A stretch of DNA of 64,000 nt from Spirogloea muscicola (lineage: Eukaryota), in the NCBI GenBank assembly GCA_009602725.1, contig WELB01000002.1, forward strand, positions 1,470,180 to 1,534,179. The letters are read 5' to 3'. Positions 46,162-57,082 of this stretch are shown in pieces (position 1 is the first letter of the stretch; every line of letters starts with the position of its first letter). The notes beneath the pieces are model-generated. The model made no database searches. It had not been told where the DNA came from and saw only the letters and a program-made list of their open reading frames with translations. Position numbers and translations under genes: made by a program.

Positions 46162-47473
46162 ATGGCCGCCGCCGCCGCCGCCACGGGCAGGCCATTCGGA
46201 GGAGCTGCCGAGGGGCCCGCCGTCGGCTTCAGAGTCGAGCGCTGTAGGCGACGGGCAGTGATACCCAGCAAATGCAGCTCCAGCGCCGTTGGCTGCCTTC
46301 GTGCTGCTAGGGGCCCCCGTCGCGTGAGCTGCGCCAAAGGCGCAGGCGAACCCGCCGCCGCACAGAGCTGCTGCTGTGACGTGTACGTGGCCACGCTGCC
46401 GCTCGATGCGCCCCTTGGGCCGGCAACCTGGGCCATGACGCTGGGGGCAGCAGTCCTGCCGCAGCTCCTCGAGCACTTCATAACAATTCTCTGCACTCCT
46501 GAGAACGAGGTGCACCTCTGCTGAAAGCCTCGACTCCTCGAAGAATGTCCGTTATTCGTCTAGCTCAGTTTGTCCATATCTTATACTTGGTGCGTCCCTG
46601 ATTGTCACTGTTCCAGTACATTTGGATGCCTGCAAAGCTCTCTCAGAATGGCAGCCTTGCCTTCTCCCATCCTCGTATGACCATGTTTCTGAAGACAAAC
46701 AGGTAGTCCATGTTCTTTCTACTCACACGTAGCTTCTTTAGTGCGTGCTTTACGACTTCAGACCTGAGCACCCTACCAACCCAGAGGTGGTGTTGGCTGC
46801 TGTTCGTGGTAAAGCAGTACCAGGTACTGAGGCGCACTCACCTATCTGGTACTAAGTATGTGGATGCTTGGCCCAAGCTTTGTGCTGGGCCTATAGGAAC
46901 TCAGATGTAATAGCCAAAGCATCGGGGCAAGGAGGCACTGTTAGATAACTTCACAGTGCATGACCTACTTACTGCTTGAATTGGGGTGTCGTGGTACCAT
47001 GCAGGCTTCACAAGGGAGAGAAGAATCTGGAAATTGCCCAGACATAGGTGCTGGTTCATAGGGAAGTCCTTAGAAGGCAGGGGTTTGCAAGCTGCTAAGG
47101 ATTTCAACCACGGCTGGGACAAGGAATTGACAATCTTCAGACACGACTGCAGAGATCACACGGATGGTAAGTTTCTATTTCCACCACTGGAGATGCTATG
47201 TGACTCACTCACAAGCTCATCTACTCGCAAGAAAGGGTATCCATACAAGGATAGTGGCCACCCATGAGCTTCTAGGCGGGTCCACTACCTGCCTTGAAGG
47301 TGCAGAGCCTGGCCAGCCTTGTGCACCAGGAAATCTGAGGCTTTGCAGTTGATCAATTATTAAATTCCTCATACCAGACCGTTCGTCTCTTGCTTGCAGC
47401 TCTCGTCCAGCATCTCACAGGCAAGCCAAATAGCACCAGGCAACTGAGGGTAAGACATATCGCCAGGCTTTAG
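46162..47473 (+). CDS. Conserved uncharacterised green-lineage protein with transit-peptide-like N-terminus (4 exons)
   Basis: Spliced product VYVATLPLDAPLGPA..LEHFITIL|CVLYDFRPEHP..AVPG|..KLPRHRCWFIG..FNHGWDKELTIFRHDCRDHTD|ALVQHLTG resembles a recalled plant family of unknown function (VYVAA.PL.A..GP..HF...FDFQP.DP..CW.VG..HDCR.YT). Confidence 0.75.
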
Positions 47474-47681
47474 GATTCCGTGGAATGCAGTGACAAATTT
47501 GTTAAGAAGCTGATTAGCAGGTCTCCATAAGGTAACATTGTCAAGACAAGACAAGCCTGTTTTGATACATCAGGATGACATGTATTATACTTGCAAAGTT
47601 GTACCCTTCAAAAGTAGAAAGGAGATTTTGCAGCTCGTTCAACGAATTGTATAATAAAGCCTCCAAACATGAGCGCAGATC

Positions 47682-50191
47682 TCAACACAGCTGACCTTCT
47701 GTGACTGTCTTATGCTGACCTAAAGACAGGGATACCCTGCCCTGGTATCTAAGATATGCTAAAAGTGCAGCTCCTTCTGCCGGCTCCATCTGCAAGTAGT
47801 CAAACAATTGAAGTATGAAGCTGTGAGGTTCTCATCTAAATCAACAATCTATAAAAAGTAGATGAGCAGACACACACACATGTTACCTTTGGTTTGATTG
47901 GTCGGGCTGCAGGTAAGCATCTTGAGAGATTTTTAATAAGGGCCTGGCTGATATTCCAAGCTTGGGTGTCTTCTAACAAGCCTCCAACAAGGACCAGTGG
48001 ATAAGGATCGCTATCATCTGCACTGACACAAAGAGATTGACATGACGGACCAATCACAATCTCAAGGATGCCTCAAGAGCAGATGATGATTAACGAGTCA
48101 ATGACCAATCTTGATGATCATCGTTGTAGTCAAGCTGCATTGGTGGTCATAGGGAAATGCCAAGGAAGCGTCCTGTAGTCAGCACGAGTTTGCCTACAAG
48201 GTGAGCTAGCAGATGAAGGGCAGGCTGACCTGGACCACCCAACTGCAGCGCTTTCTCCACAGCCGCAACACTTGCAATAAGCTCTTGCACTGCCTCATCC
48301 AGTATTCTCTGGGCCTCAAAATCTCCAGCTGCTGCTGCACTTCTCACAAGAGGTGACAGAGCCGCAACCCGCGCCCATGATTGATCTTCGTACACCCATC
48401 TAATCATAGCAGAAAGTGAGAAGGTTGGTCATGCTGTATCCAGCACACGAGCTTGGCACAAGCTGAAACTCTCGTGCTTACTTTCTCTTATTTGACTGGA
48501 GTTGAGCAAAGCAAGATGCTGGGTTTAAACTAAGCGATGGAGCACACTGCAAATAACACCCTGCACTGTGTCTAACTGGATGCAACAAGCAATCAATGAC
48601 AAATCCTGCAGTGTGTCTATCTGGAAGCAACGAGTACCCAATGATGTCCGCAGGTGTAGATAGCTGCAAATGGCTGAGAATCAGCTGTGTCAGCATTGTC
48701 CTTGGACCTCGTCCATCGTGCTCCTTCATAACAGCGGTCAGCGCCTCAGAGGCAATTGCATAGCCACTGCATCAAGCCTCGACATGATGCACATCAGGAA
48801 GCTATCACATTTCTGAAATCATGAAATCAAGTAAGACGCATAGCTGCGAACTAGGTCCAAGGTTGTCTGTAAGGAAATTTTAGATATCCAGCCATCTGCC
48901 AGTCAGAAGCACAGCTCACGGTTTCCAGCTTCTGCTTGCAAGCTTCCAAGCAAACAGTAGCCGTCCTGTCATAATTGTACACAAGAGCATACCTGCCTCT
49001 GTCCCCAAGTAAGGGGCCCGCACCCGATGCTCGAGCATTCCGCCCATCCCTGCTGTAACCCACAGCTATGGTTCCAGTCCCGGCAATAAGCACACACCCA
49101 TACAGACTGCCTCCCGTTCCACTGGCAAGGGCAGCTACTGCATCGTTCTGCACATGGATATCCACATTGGCTGGGAATATATTCCTGTGACCCAAGATCT
49201 GCTCGGGTGTTATTTGGGACGATATAACAGCATAGTCCCTATCACACTGGTAACAATGCTCATTGAAAACAATGCTACTGCTTTACCATGCATACATGCA
49301 TGGATAGAAAAGTACATCACATCAGGCTAAGCAGATGCTTTGGCTCAGAGAGCTTGCAACAGACTGGGGCTTACCTCTCACCTCATCCAGCCAATCACTC
49401 GGTCAATATCCGCAGGGCGGTCCACTCCAGCAAGGGCGAGGCACACCCCGCGCACAGCTGACTGAGGCAGACGGCCGTTGACTAATGCTGCCATCATCGC
49501 TGTCACCACGGCTGTGCGAGCAGCTTCCTCTGTTTCCAACAACAGCAGGCCGTCAGCTCGATAGCTCAACTCACTGAGTGTGAATGCTGACCTATCATTG
49601 CCAGAGCTAAAGGACACCATGCACAAGCCGCCTCTCCGGCTTGCAGATGGGCAAGAGCAGCCTCTTGCTCTGCGCCGTGCTCAGGCACCACAGCCCCTTC
49701 CAACTGATAGCAGTCTTACTGATGCTGCGTCTGTGCAGGGCCACTTGCAGCCAATTCGATAAGGTGACGGGCGGAAGGCAATTCAGGAAGCTTTGCGCGG
49801 TGAGAAGCGCCGAAGCACCTCGTCGTGACAGCAGCTGGGCGAGCGCAATGGAACAAGCTTGCTGATTGTCCATCAATGCCAATCAGTAAGGCCTGCATGC
49901 AGTGCCTGTACCTCCGACGCTGTTCGCATTGGAGCCGGAGGCTACTCCGCGGCCCGCCACGCGGGGTCCACCGTCCGGCGGCGCGGCCAGCCCCGCGGCG
50001 CGGCCGACGCGGAGGGCCACGCAGGTGGTGCTCGTGCCGCCACCATCGACTCCCAGCACCACGCCGCCTTCATAGTCATCACAGCTGCCGCCGTCGCCGC
50101 CGCCGCCGCCGCCGCCACTGTCTCTGCCGATGCCAAGGCCACGGAGTGCAGGGGGAACCGCCCCTGGGGCACCGCCGCGTTCTTCGGCCAT
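47682..50191 (-). CDS. GNK: N-acetyl-D-glucosamine kinase (BadF/BadG/BcrA/BcrD ATPase family)
   Basis: VVLGVDGGGTSTTCV, GSNANSVG, LAGVDRPAD, NDAVAALASGTGG..VLIAGTGTIA, GAGPLLGDRGSGY, SWARVAAL, PLVLVGGLL and PK|MEPAEGAALLA. Confidence 0.93.
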
Positions 50192-50391
50192 GCGCCGCCG
50201 CCGGCGCCGGCGCCGCCGCAGGCACCGCCGACTGCGGCGCTGGCCTAGCGTTGCAGGCGCTGGGCTGGGGCGCTCCGCCTTGTCTTCCAGAAAGCAAATA
50301 TAGTGGCTATTGATCTTATGAATCCCAGTCTGCTGTCTGCCGAGTGGGGCACAAAACAGAATAGCCAGGGGACCCACTTTCAGGACCCTAG

Positions 50392-50636
50392 CCTCCCAAT
50401 GGGGGCAAGGGCTGCGAAAAGCCAGCCCAAAAGAATTGACAAAGGTTCGAAGGGGCCTCTCTGATTTGCGGCTGCTTAGCAGGGGTTACTGAGTGATTTG
50501 CAGCTGCTTTCTTTCTATGTGTGCTGTGTTTTCTTAGCGCTTCCTCTGGCCCCCTTCTCGTGCTTTGTTCAAAAAATATTGTTTTTTGGGCTGGCTTTTC
50601 CAGCCCCTATCCTCAATGGGCGAGCCCTTCTTCTTG
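50392..50636. mobile_element. Two retrotransposon 3' ends joined head-to-head in the GNK/IDH divergent promoter
   Basis: A minus-strand terminal motif (50392-50457) abuts a plus-strand SDLRLLSRGY* plus UTR ending GGGCTGGCTTTTCCAGCCC..GGGCGAGCCCTTCTTC. Confidence 0.82.
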
Positions 50637-50915
50637 TTACCCGAAGCAACCAGGACCAACGAGCTGCTCATCCGCCGCTTCGCTTCGGCCCCATCCAGAT
50701 CTGCGCATGCGACATTTCCTTTCCGCCCCCGCCTAGAATCTGCGCTCTGTCCGCTTCCGTTCCTCCCTCGTCGCGGACGTAAGCAGCTCGCCAGACTGCG
50801 AGCTGCGCGCGGCGAGTGCAGCTCCCGAGCCCGCGCGCGCCGCCATGGCGGCCTGCGGCGCGGCGCGCGCCTGACGGGGGCCGTCTTCTTGGCGGCCACT
50901 CCGCGTGCCGATCGC

Positions 50916-53900
50916 ATGGCCGCGGCCATGCAGCGCGCGCTGCGCTCCCTGTCGCTCTCCTCCGGCGCCCCGTCGCTGGCCCGCGGAGCGCCCCCGCGCC
51001 CGAGCCACGCCGCCGCATGGCCTTCCTACGCGTCCACGCCCGGGCCGGGCGTCAGGATACAGGCCAGCTCCGTCAAAGACCCCGCTGCTCTCTCTCTCTC
51101 GTTCGCCGCTGCTCGACCTGCTGGAGCCTGGCGCCTCCTCCTGCTCACTCGTCGGTCCTATGCTCCTCCGGTCACTGATTGAGCTCACAACAAAGTACTC
51201 AATGCGAGCACTGGAAGTGTTGCTCTCTTCCGTGGCTCCTGTTAGTCGCAATTGAGCCGCTTTGGAGATGTTCAGGCCTTCCTAGCTGTCTAACACCATA
51301 TCCAATGGCAATCTGTTGCAACGAGCTTACAGTGGATTAGCTGTGCTGACGGGCAAGCGGACCGTGGCTGTGCCAGCAGCCTGCGCGCGCCGCTCATACC
51401 ATCTCGGTGGACCCAGGAGGCAGCTTGGAAGTTCCAGATGATCCGATCATCCCTTACATTGAGGGTGATGGAACTGGTCCAGACATCTGGAGAGCGGCCC
51501 AGAATGTCTTCGACTCTGCAGTTGCAAAAGCATATAGTGGGAAGAGGTACAAGCAGAGATTTTGCTTGTACCTCTTCACTATCTGAGATACAGTTTCTAC
51601 TTCATATCTTGCACTGCCATGACAGCTCGGTGAGGATGACGCATGGAGCTTCCAACCCACTTCGTGCAGAAGTGAGGATAACTGCGTACACTTGTGACAT
51701 GGACACAATAGGAGCAGAGCTGAAGTAGTGCGTATTGTGAAGGAAACGGCAAGCTTTTGTCAACTCCGCAGGCAAATAGCATGGAAGGAGGTCCTAGCAG
51801 GTGAGAAGGCCTTCGTGCATACTGGCGAGTGGCTACCCCAAGAGACTATCGAGGCATTTAAGAAGTACCTTGTAGGCATCAAGGTCAGGAAGTGCAGCAC
51901 TTATTCCAACTTACCGGTGGCTCGTGCAGTGAAGCCCAAGTCCTCCCCATGAAGCTGCACTGGAGCCTTATGTCACTTTTGATGCTGTACAGTTGTGAAA
52001 AGAGAGAAGGCGGGCGGTGCGCATGAAATTGAAAGGAAAAGTGACTAACGGGAGATGGGTACGTAGGCATGTACACTCTTGCAGTGCTTACCAACATTGA
52101 CTAGCAAACCTGGTGGATTGGCTTTGCTCCAGGGTCCACTGACGACGCCAGTCGGTGGGGGTATACGATCTCTCAACGTTGCTCTTCGGCAAGAACTTGA
52201 TCTGTATGTTTGTCTGCGGCCAGTGCGATGGTTTGAAGTGAGTGACTGCTCAACACAACAGTAACTTTGATGCATGGTGCTCCACAAGCCTACAAAAGCT
52301 TTAATTGAGAAGCTATTGCTGCATTGCAAGTGCCAAATCGTCACTGGCAGCAAGACTGCAGGACACTTCAGTGTAGCTCTGCACATCTTGTACAGCAAAA
52401 GCATCATTTGCTTGTCCTCCTAGGTATGACCTTTGCACCTCAAGATAAGACGCTTGTTTGATTACAAATCAATCAGTCGATCCTTCTTGGCACTCTTGTA
52501 CTGTCTGTCCAAGTCAGGTCTTGCAAGCAATTGACTTGTTTAGGTTAATGGACGAGTCTAAGACAGTAGACAAACTTGCACAACAGGGGGTTCCGTCACC
52601 GGTGAAGCGGCCTGACTTGGTGGAGGTGGTCATCTTCCGAGAGAACACTGAAGACATATATGCTGGAATTGAGTTCAAGGCAGGCACAGCCGAAGCGCAG
52701 AAATTCAGGAGTTTCTTGATGGACGAATTTCCTGACATGTACAAGAAGGTATCTTTGTGGAAGATATTGAATGTGGACTCAAGACTTGCATACAGAGCAG
52801 CCTGTCTGCTGAGAAGCTCTTGCTGGTGAATGCTATTGCTTGTATTGATGTATACATGCTAGCCTGTTTGTCTCGATGGCAGATAAGATTTCCAGAGAGC
52901 TCAGCTTTTGGTGTGAAGCCAGTCTCAGAGCAAGGTTCAAAACGACTTGTAAGAGCTGCCATCAGATTTGCTCTGGCAAAAGGACGGAAGAGCGTGACCC
53001 TTGTACATAAAGTGAGAAGCTGGCTCTCGAACAAATCGCCTTCCTGACTACAGCATGGCACCTAACAAGCACTGAAGTGTACATGGGCCCCGACAATCTA
53101 CGCAATGCTAGCTTCTCCCTTCTATCAGTTGTAGACCATGAACACTAAGTGCTGACTCGGCTTGTCTGGCCTTTGTGGTCCTTACCTTCAGCAATGGTTC
53201 TGCAGGGTAATATCATGAAATATACAGAGGGAGCATTTCGAGACTGGGGCTATGAGCTGGCAAGAGATGAATTTCGGGATGAGGTCATCACGGAGAGAGA
53301 GAGCTACATTTTGGAGAATAAAGATGGCAACCCTGACATCTCCACAGAGGTACACATCCCTACAGTGCATGCAACCGAAGCTGCCGATGTCTTGCACTTA
53401 GTCCTGCAGGCTTGGAGGCCACTTCATAGAGGCTTGCATGCAATGCTTGCAAAAGTGGGAGCTACAACAATCAGTCACAGAGGACTGTGTATTTGGCCCT
53501 TGCAAGAAGGGGCATGGCTTGCTCTGCATCATAGGTCTGAACTTGACAATCCGTTGTTGAGACGACAAATGTGAATAGGAAAATGCGAAAATCCTGGAGC
53601 CAGGATACAGGTTGATGGGGCCACAAAGGAAGGAGAGCCTGTTGAATGAGGTGGAGAGCGTGATAAAGGACTTGCATCCTACGCACGGCGATGGCAAATG
53701 GAAGAAGAAGGTCCTGATACGCGATGCGATCGCTGACATATCACTGCAGCAGGTACATTTGAATGGCTGTCTTGCAAGTAAGGCAGGCGGGCATACACCA
53801 GTCTCTGGTGCTCGCTACTTAAGAAATAGGTGCTATCTCTTGAGTGGAGTTGTCAGTATCTTTAGAGACAAGCTTGCACAGTCTGTTGTTGCAGCTCCTC

Positions 53901-54652
53901 CAACTCAGACTGGACCATTGACAGGTCCTGACACGCCCGACCACATTTGATGTCATTGCCACTTTGAATTTGAATGGGGACTACCTTAGTGATGCGCTTG
54001 CTGCCCAGGTCAGTGCATGGACAATAAAGCATCCACATGCATGCAAGCAGATCCTTGATCAGTGCAGTGTGTTGCAGAATGAGCCCATGTTTGGCATGAA
54101 GCACTTCCGTTGACTATTGATGCAAAGCTTGGACAGGTTGGTGGCATTGGGATTGCTCCAGGTGGTAATATCAACTATGAGACCGGCCATGCCATATTTG
54201 AGGCCACTCATGGCACGGCGCCCAAGTATGCTGATCAGGTAAGCTCAAAACAAACAAAGGATTTGCTTGATATGACGCAGTCGTAGTGTCTATCTTGTTC
54301 TGATATAGTCATGGGGCTTTGGCGTGTCATAACTTCTCGCATGCGCTTGCAAGTGTGTCCATTGTTCTCAAGGAGGTCCACTCATGAGGAGATTGAGTTG
54401 CTGAACCTGCAGGATAAGGTCAACCCGGGGTCTGTCATTCTCTCAGGCGAGTTGTTGCTACGGCACATTGGTTGGGAGGAGGCAGCCGACCTTATCATCG
54501 ACGGCATGAATCGTACCATTGCCAACAAGACAGTCACATATGACTTCCATCGGCAGATGGATGGCAAACCTACACTGCTCAAGTGCTCTGAGTTCGGGTA
54601 GGCCATTGTGGACAACATGCAGGTCCCTGTGGCCGCGACATCTCGACTGTAA
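50916..54652 (+). CDS. icd: Prokaryotic-type (E. coli/cyanobacterial family) NADP isocitrate dehydrogenase with N-terminal targeting peptide; in-frame TAG at 54599-54601, next stop at 54650-54652
   Basis: [117 protein letters not shown] and TYDFHR..KCSEFG*AIVDNM. About 10 spliceosomal introns. Confidence 0.93.
52001..52036 (-). mobile_element. Tiny retro 3'-end stub in an IDH intron
   Basis: AGAGAGAAGGCGGGCGGTGCGCATGAAATTGAAAGG matches the B-type terminus. Confidence 0.6.
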
Positions 54653-54960
54653 TCTGGATCCAGCGTCCCAGTCTGCAAGTCTACATGAGGGTTGTATTGG
54701 GATACGGGCACTTCTGCAGTCAGGGCGATCAAGTTCTGTTGTAGATCAATGGCCTTGCGCCTGGCTTGTGATCTCCTGGCATCCCATGTTGACTGATTGG
54801 ACAATATAAGCTCGATGTTGCCATTTGCAGCAATGTCTGAAAAGGCTTACCTGATGCCCCACTGGAAAGCGCCAGGGTTTCTAACACAAGGGGGGGTTTG
54901 AAAATGCAGAGTCTGACCTGCTCGCTCTACCCCAGAGCCCGCACAAGTAAAATCGTATAG

Positions 54961-55139
54961 AAAGGGCTCGCCCATTGAGGATGGGGCTGGAAAAGCCAGC
55001 CCAAAAAAGAATGAACAAAGTACGAGAAGGGGGCCAGGGGAAGCGCTAAGAAAAACAAGTACAACAAGAAACAAAGCAGCTACGGATCACTCAGTAACCC
55101 CTGCTAAGCAGCCTCAGGTCAGAGAAGCTAGGCTCCTGG
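54961..55139 (-). mobile_element. 5'-truncated retrotransposon insertion with target-site duplication
   Basis: SDLRLLSRGY* plus complete 3' UTR, flanked by the direct repeat AAGTAAAATCGTATAG at 54945-54960 and 55140-55155. Confidence 0.92.
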
Positions 55140-55477
55140 AAGTAAAATCGTATAGCCCTTCCGCCATGGAGAATTTTCCTTGCCAGCGGCTCCCTGGGCG
55201 CGGTCATGGACAGATCCTGCAAAGCCGGCTACTGGTGAACTCACTCGGCCTGTTTCGGAGGAGCTGCACCTTACAGTGCCGCATGCTGGACCAAGATCAC
55301 CAGATTGACAGACACCTGATTAAGGATGCTTACCATTATCAGCTGACAAGGATGTGATGCACGCCGCTAAGTCCAGTGCCGCTTCTCCCATGACTGGTTC
55401 AACCGACACGCCTGGGCTTGACCTTAGTGCTGGCGCCCGATCGGCGCTGGCAGCGGCGGCGCGGCGGGGGCTGGCGC

Positions 55478-55805
55478 TTAGGCCGGCCCGTCGGGCTTCT
55501 GGTACGTGTTCTCGGCCATCCAGTCCTGGACGCGGCGTCGCAGCGTGTCCGCCGCCGCGGGCTGCACCAGCAGGTGCGTGTCGTCGAGGCGCGCCAGCAG
55601 GAACTTGTGGGCGGCGTCCAGCTTCGCGTCCAGGCTCACGATGAACTGCGCCATGGGGACGTCGCTGCGCACCCAGCTCCGCCACCGAGCCGGAGGACCT
55701 CCCGCACCTGATGAGATCGAGGGACCCACATGCGAGAGCCACTAACCATCGGAGGCGGCGCGGCACTCACCATTCGACCAGGAGGCCTTTGGTGGCGTCC
55801 ACCAT
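55478..55805 (-). CDS. TFB5: TFIIH subunit p8/TFB5 (exons 55805-55771 and 55664-55478)
   Basis: MVDATKGLLVEC|DVPMAQFIVSLDAK..KFLLARLDDTHLLVQP..ENTYQKP. Confidence 0.92.
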
Positions 55806-56032
55806 GGCCCGCCGCCGCCGCCGCCGCCGCCGCCGCGAGGGCCACAGCCGGGTCCGCCAGGAGTGCTGGACCTTTGTATCTGTTGCTAGTACCTTATTAT
55901 ACTGAATATCAAGCATTAATTTGGGTGGAAAGGCTCTGGGCGGCGGAAAGGCTTAAAAGGGCATGGACCCAACCCACCCAACCCAACCCACCCCACCACC
56001 GCTCCTTACTTTCACCGCCCTCCGNAGGCGCC

Positions 56033-56224
56033 ATGACGCGGGGCAACCAGCGGGAGACGGATCGGAAGCGCGCGGAAGCGCGCAACGCCGCCAACAAGAA
56101 GTCGGACGACGGCATGACCCCCGCGCAGCGCAAGGAGCGGGACGCTAAGGCGCTGCAGGAGAAGCTGGCCAAGAAGGCCGCGGGCGTCGGCGGGGACGAC
56201 GCCGCCGGGTCCAGCAAGAAGTGA
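56033..56224 (+). CDS. SERF: Small EDRK-rich factor (SERF/4F5 family), 63 aa, intronless
   Basis: MTRGNQRETDRKRAEARNA..DDGMTPAQRKERDAKALQEK. Confidence 0.92.
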   Translation: MTRGNQRETDRKRAEARNAANKKSDDGMTPAQRKERDAKALQEKLAKKAAGVGGDDAAGSSKK

Positions 56225-57082
56225 CGCCGGCCCCCGGCGCGGCCAGCGCTGCGGCTGCAGCTGGGGCTGGCCGTTGACCGCCCGCAGCCAAGCCTCTGCG
56301 CAGCCATGGCTGCGCTGCCCCGCCTGCAAAACAGTTTCGCACCTCCGTCTAACCTCGGCGATCGTCTGCCCCAGATCGCCCGTGACTCCAGTATGTCATG
56401 TGTACGAGTGGTATGAGTGTGTAGCACCGAGTTACGGCCATAGCACCCATGGTGTGCCAGGCGAGCCCACTGCCAGTCTTGCCTGAGTTTTGTTGGCTGG
56501 GTAATTTTGCCACGCTTGAGAAGCAACTGTTGCACACGGCACTGTCTGCCTTGCACAACGCCCCCGGCGCAACACGACGGCCCCTTGGTCACCTCTACCG
56601 GCTTGGCAAGCAAGCTGCAGCATGGGGTTGCGCTTGAGATCTGCTTGCTGCACATTCAACATACCTTGATGCAAGCCATCGCTGAGGCTGCAACCTGAGC
56701 CACGAGTTCTATGTGGGACGCGCTCCATCTGACATGTCTGGTGCTGCTCCAGTGGGACACTGACTACAGTGTCGATCAAGTGGGCGCTAGCTTGACATTG
56801 TCTCACAGTTCCACACCGTGAGACACGCCAGTTACCATTGCAGAGTCGGGAGCACAGATTCCAGGAAGAAATTGGATGCAACAAAAGTGCCAGCGTCACC
56901 AACTTTCCTGAGCTGACAATTGAATGCCACCAGCCATAAGTGTGCAGTGGAGTTACAATACACTGGAAGAAGCTTGCACCGCAAGTTAAGCACTTGATCT
57001 CACAACTAAGAGACCCAATGCCAGCGCAATGAGAGGCAAGAATCTTGACCCACGACTTTTACAAGCGAAGAGCGGGCAGCAA

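Noticed and set aside
47462..47473. -ARL PTS1-like ending on the uncharacterised protein
   Set aside because: The tail lies outside the conserved region, a possible donor (AGG|GTAAGA) precedes it, and the N-terminus suggests plastid targeting.
52748..52881. U12 intron in IDH (donor GTATCTTT)
   Set aside because: It deviates from RTATCCT and has no CCTTRAC branch point near the acceptor.
54599..54601. Genome-wide reassignment of TAG to an amino acid
   Set aside because: Long exons (for example 58567-60446 and 43700-44520) have no in-frame TAG, and TAG appears to terminate NSUN5 (17134) and the gene ending at 47473.
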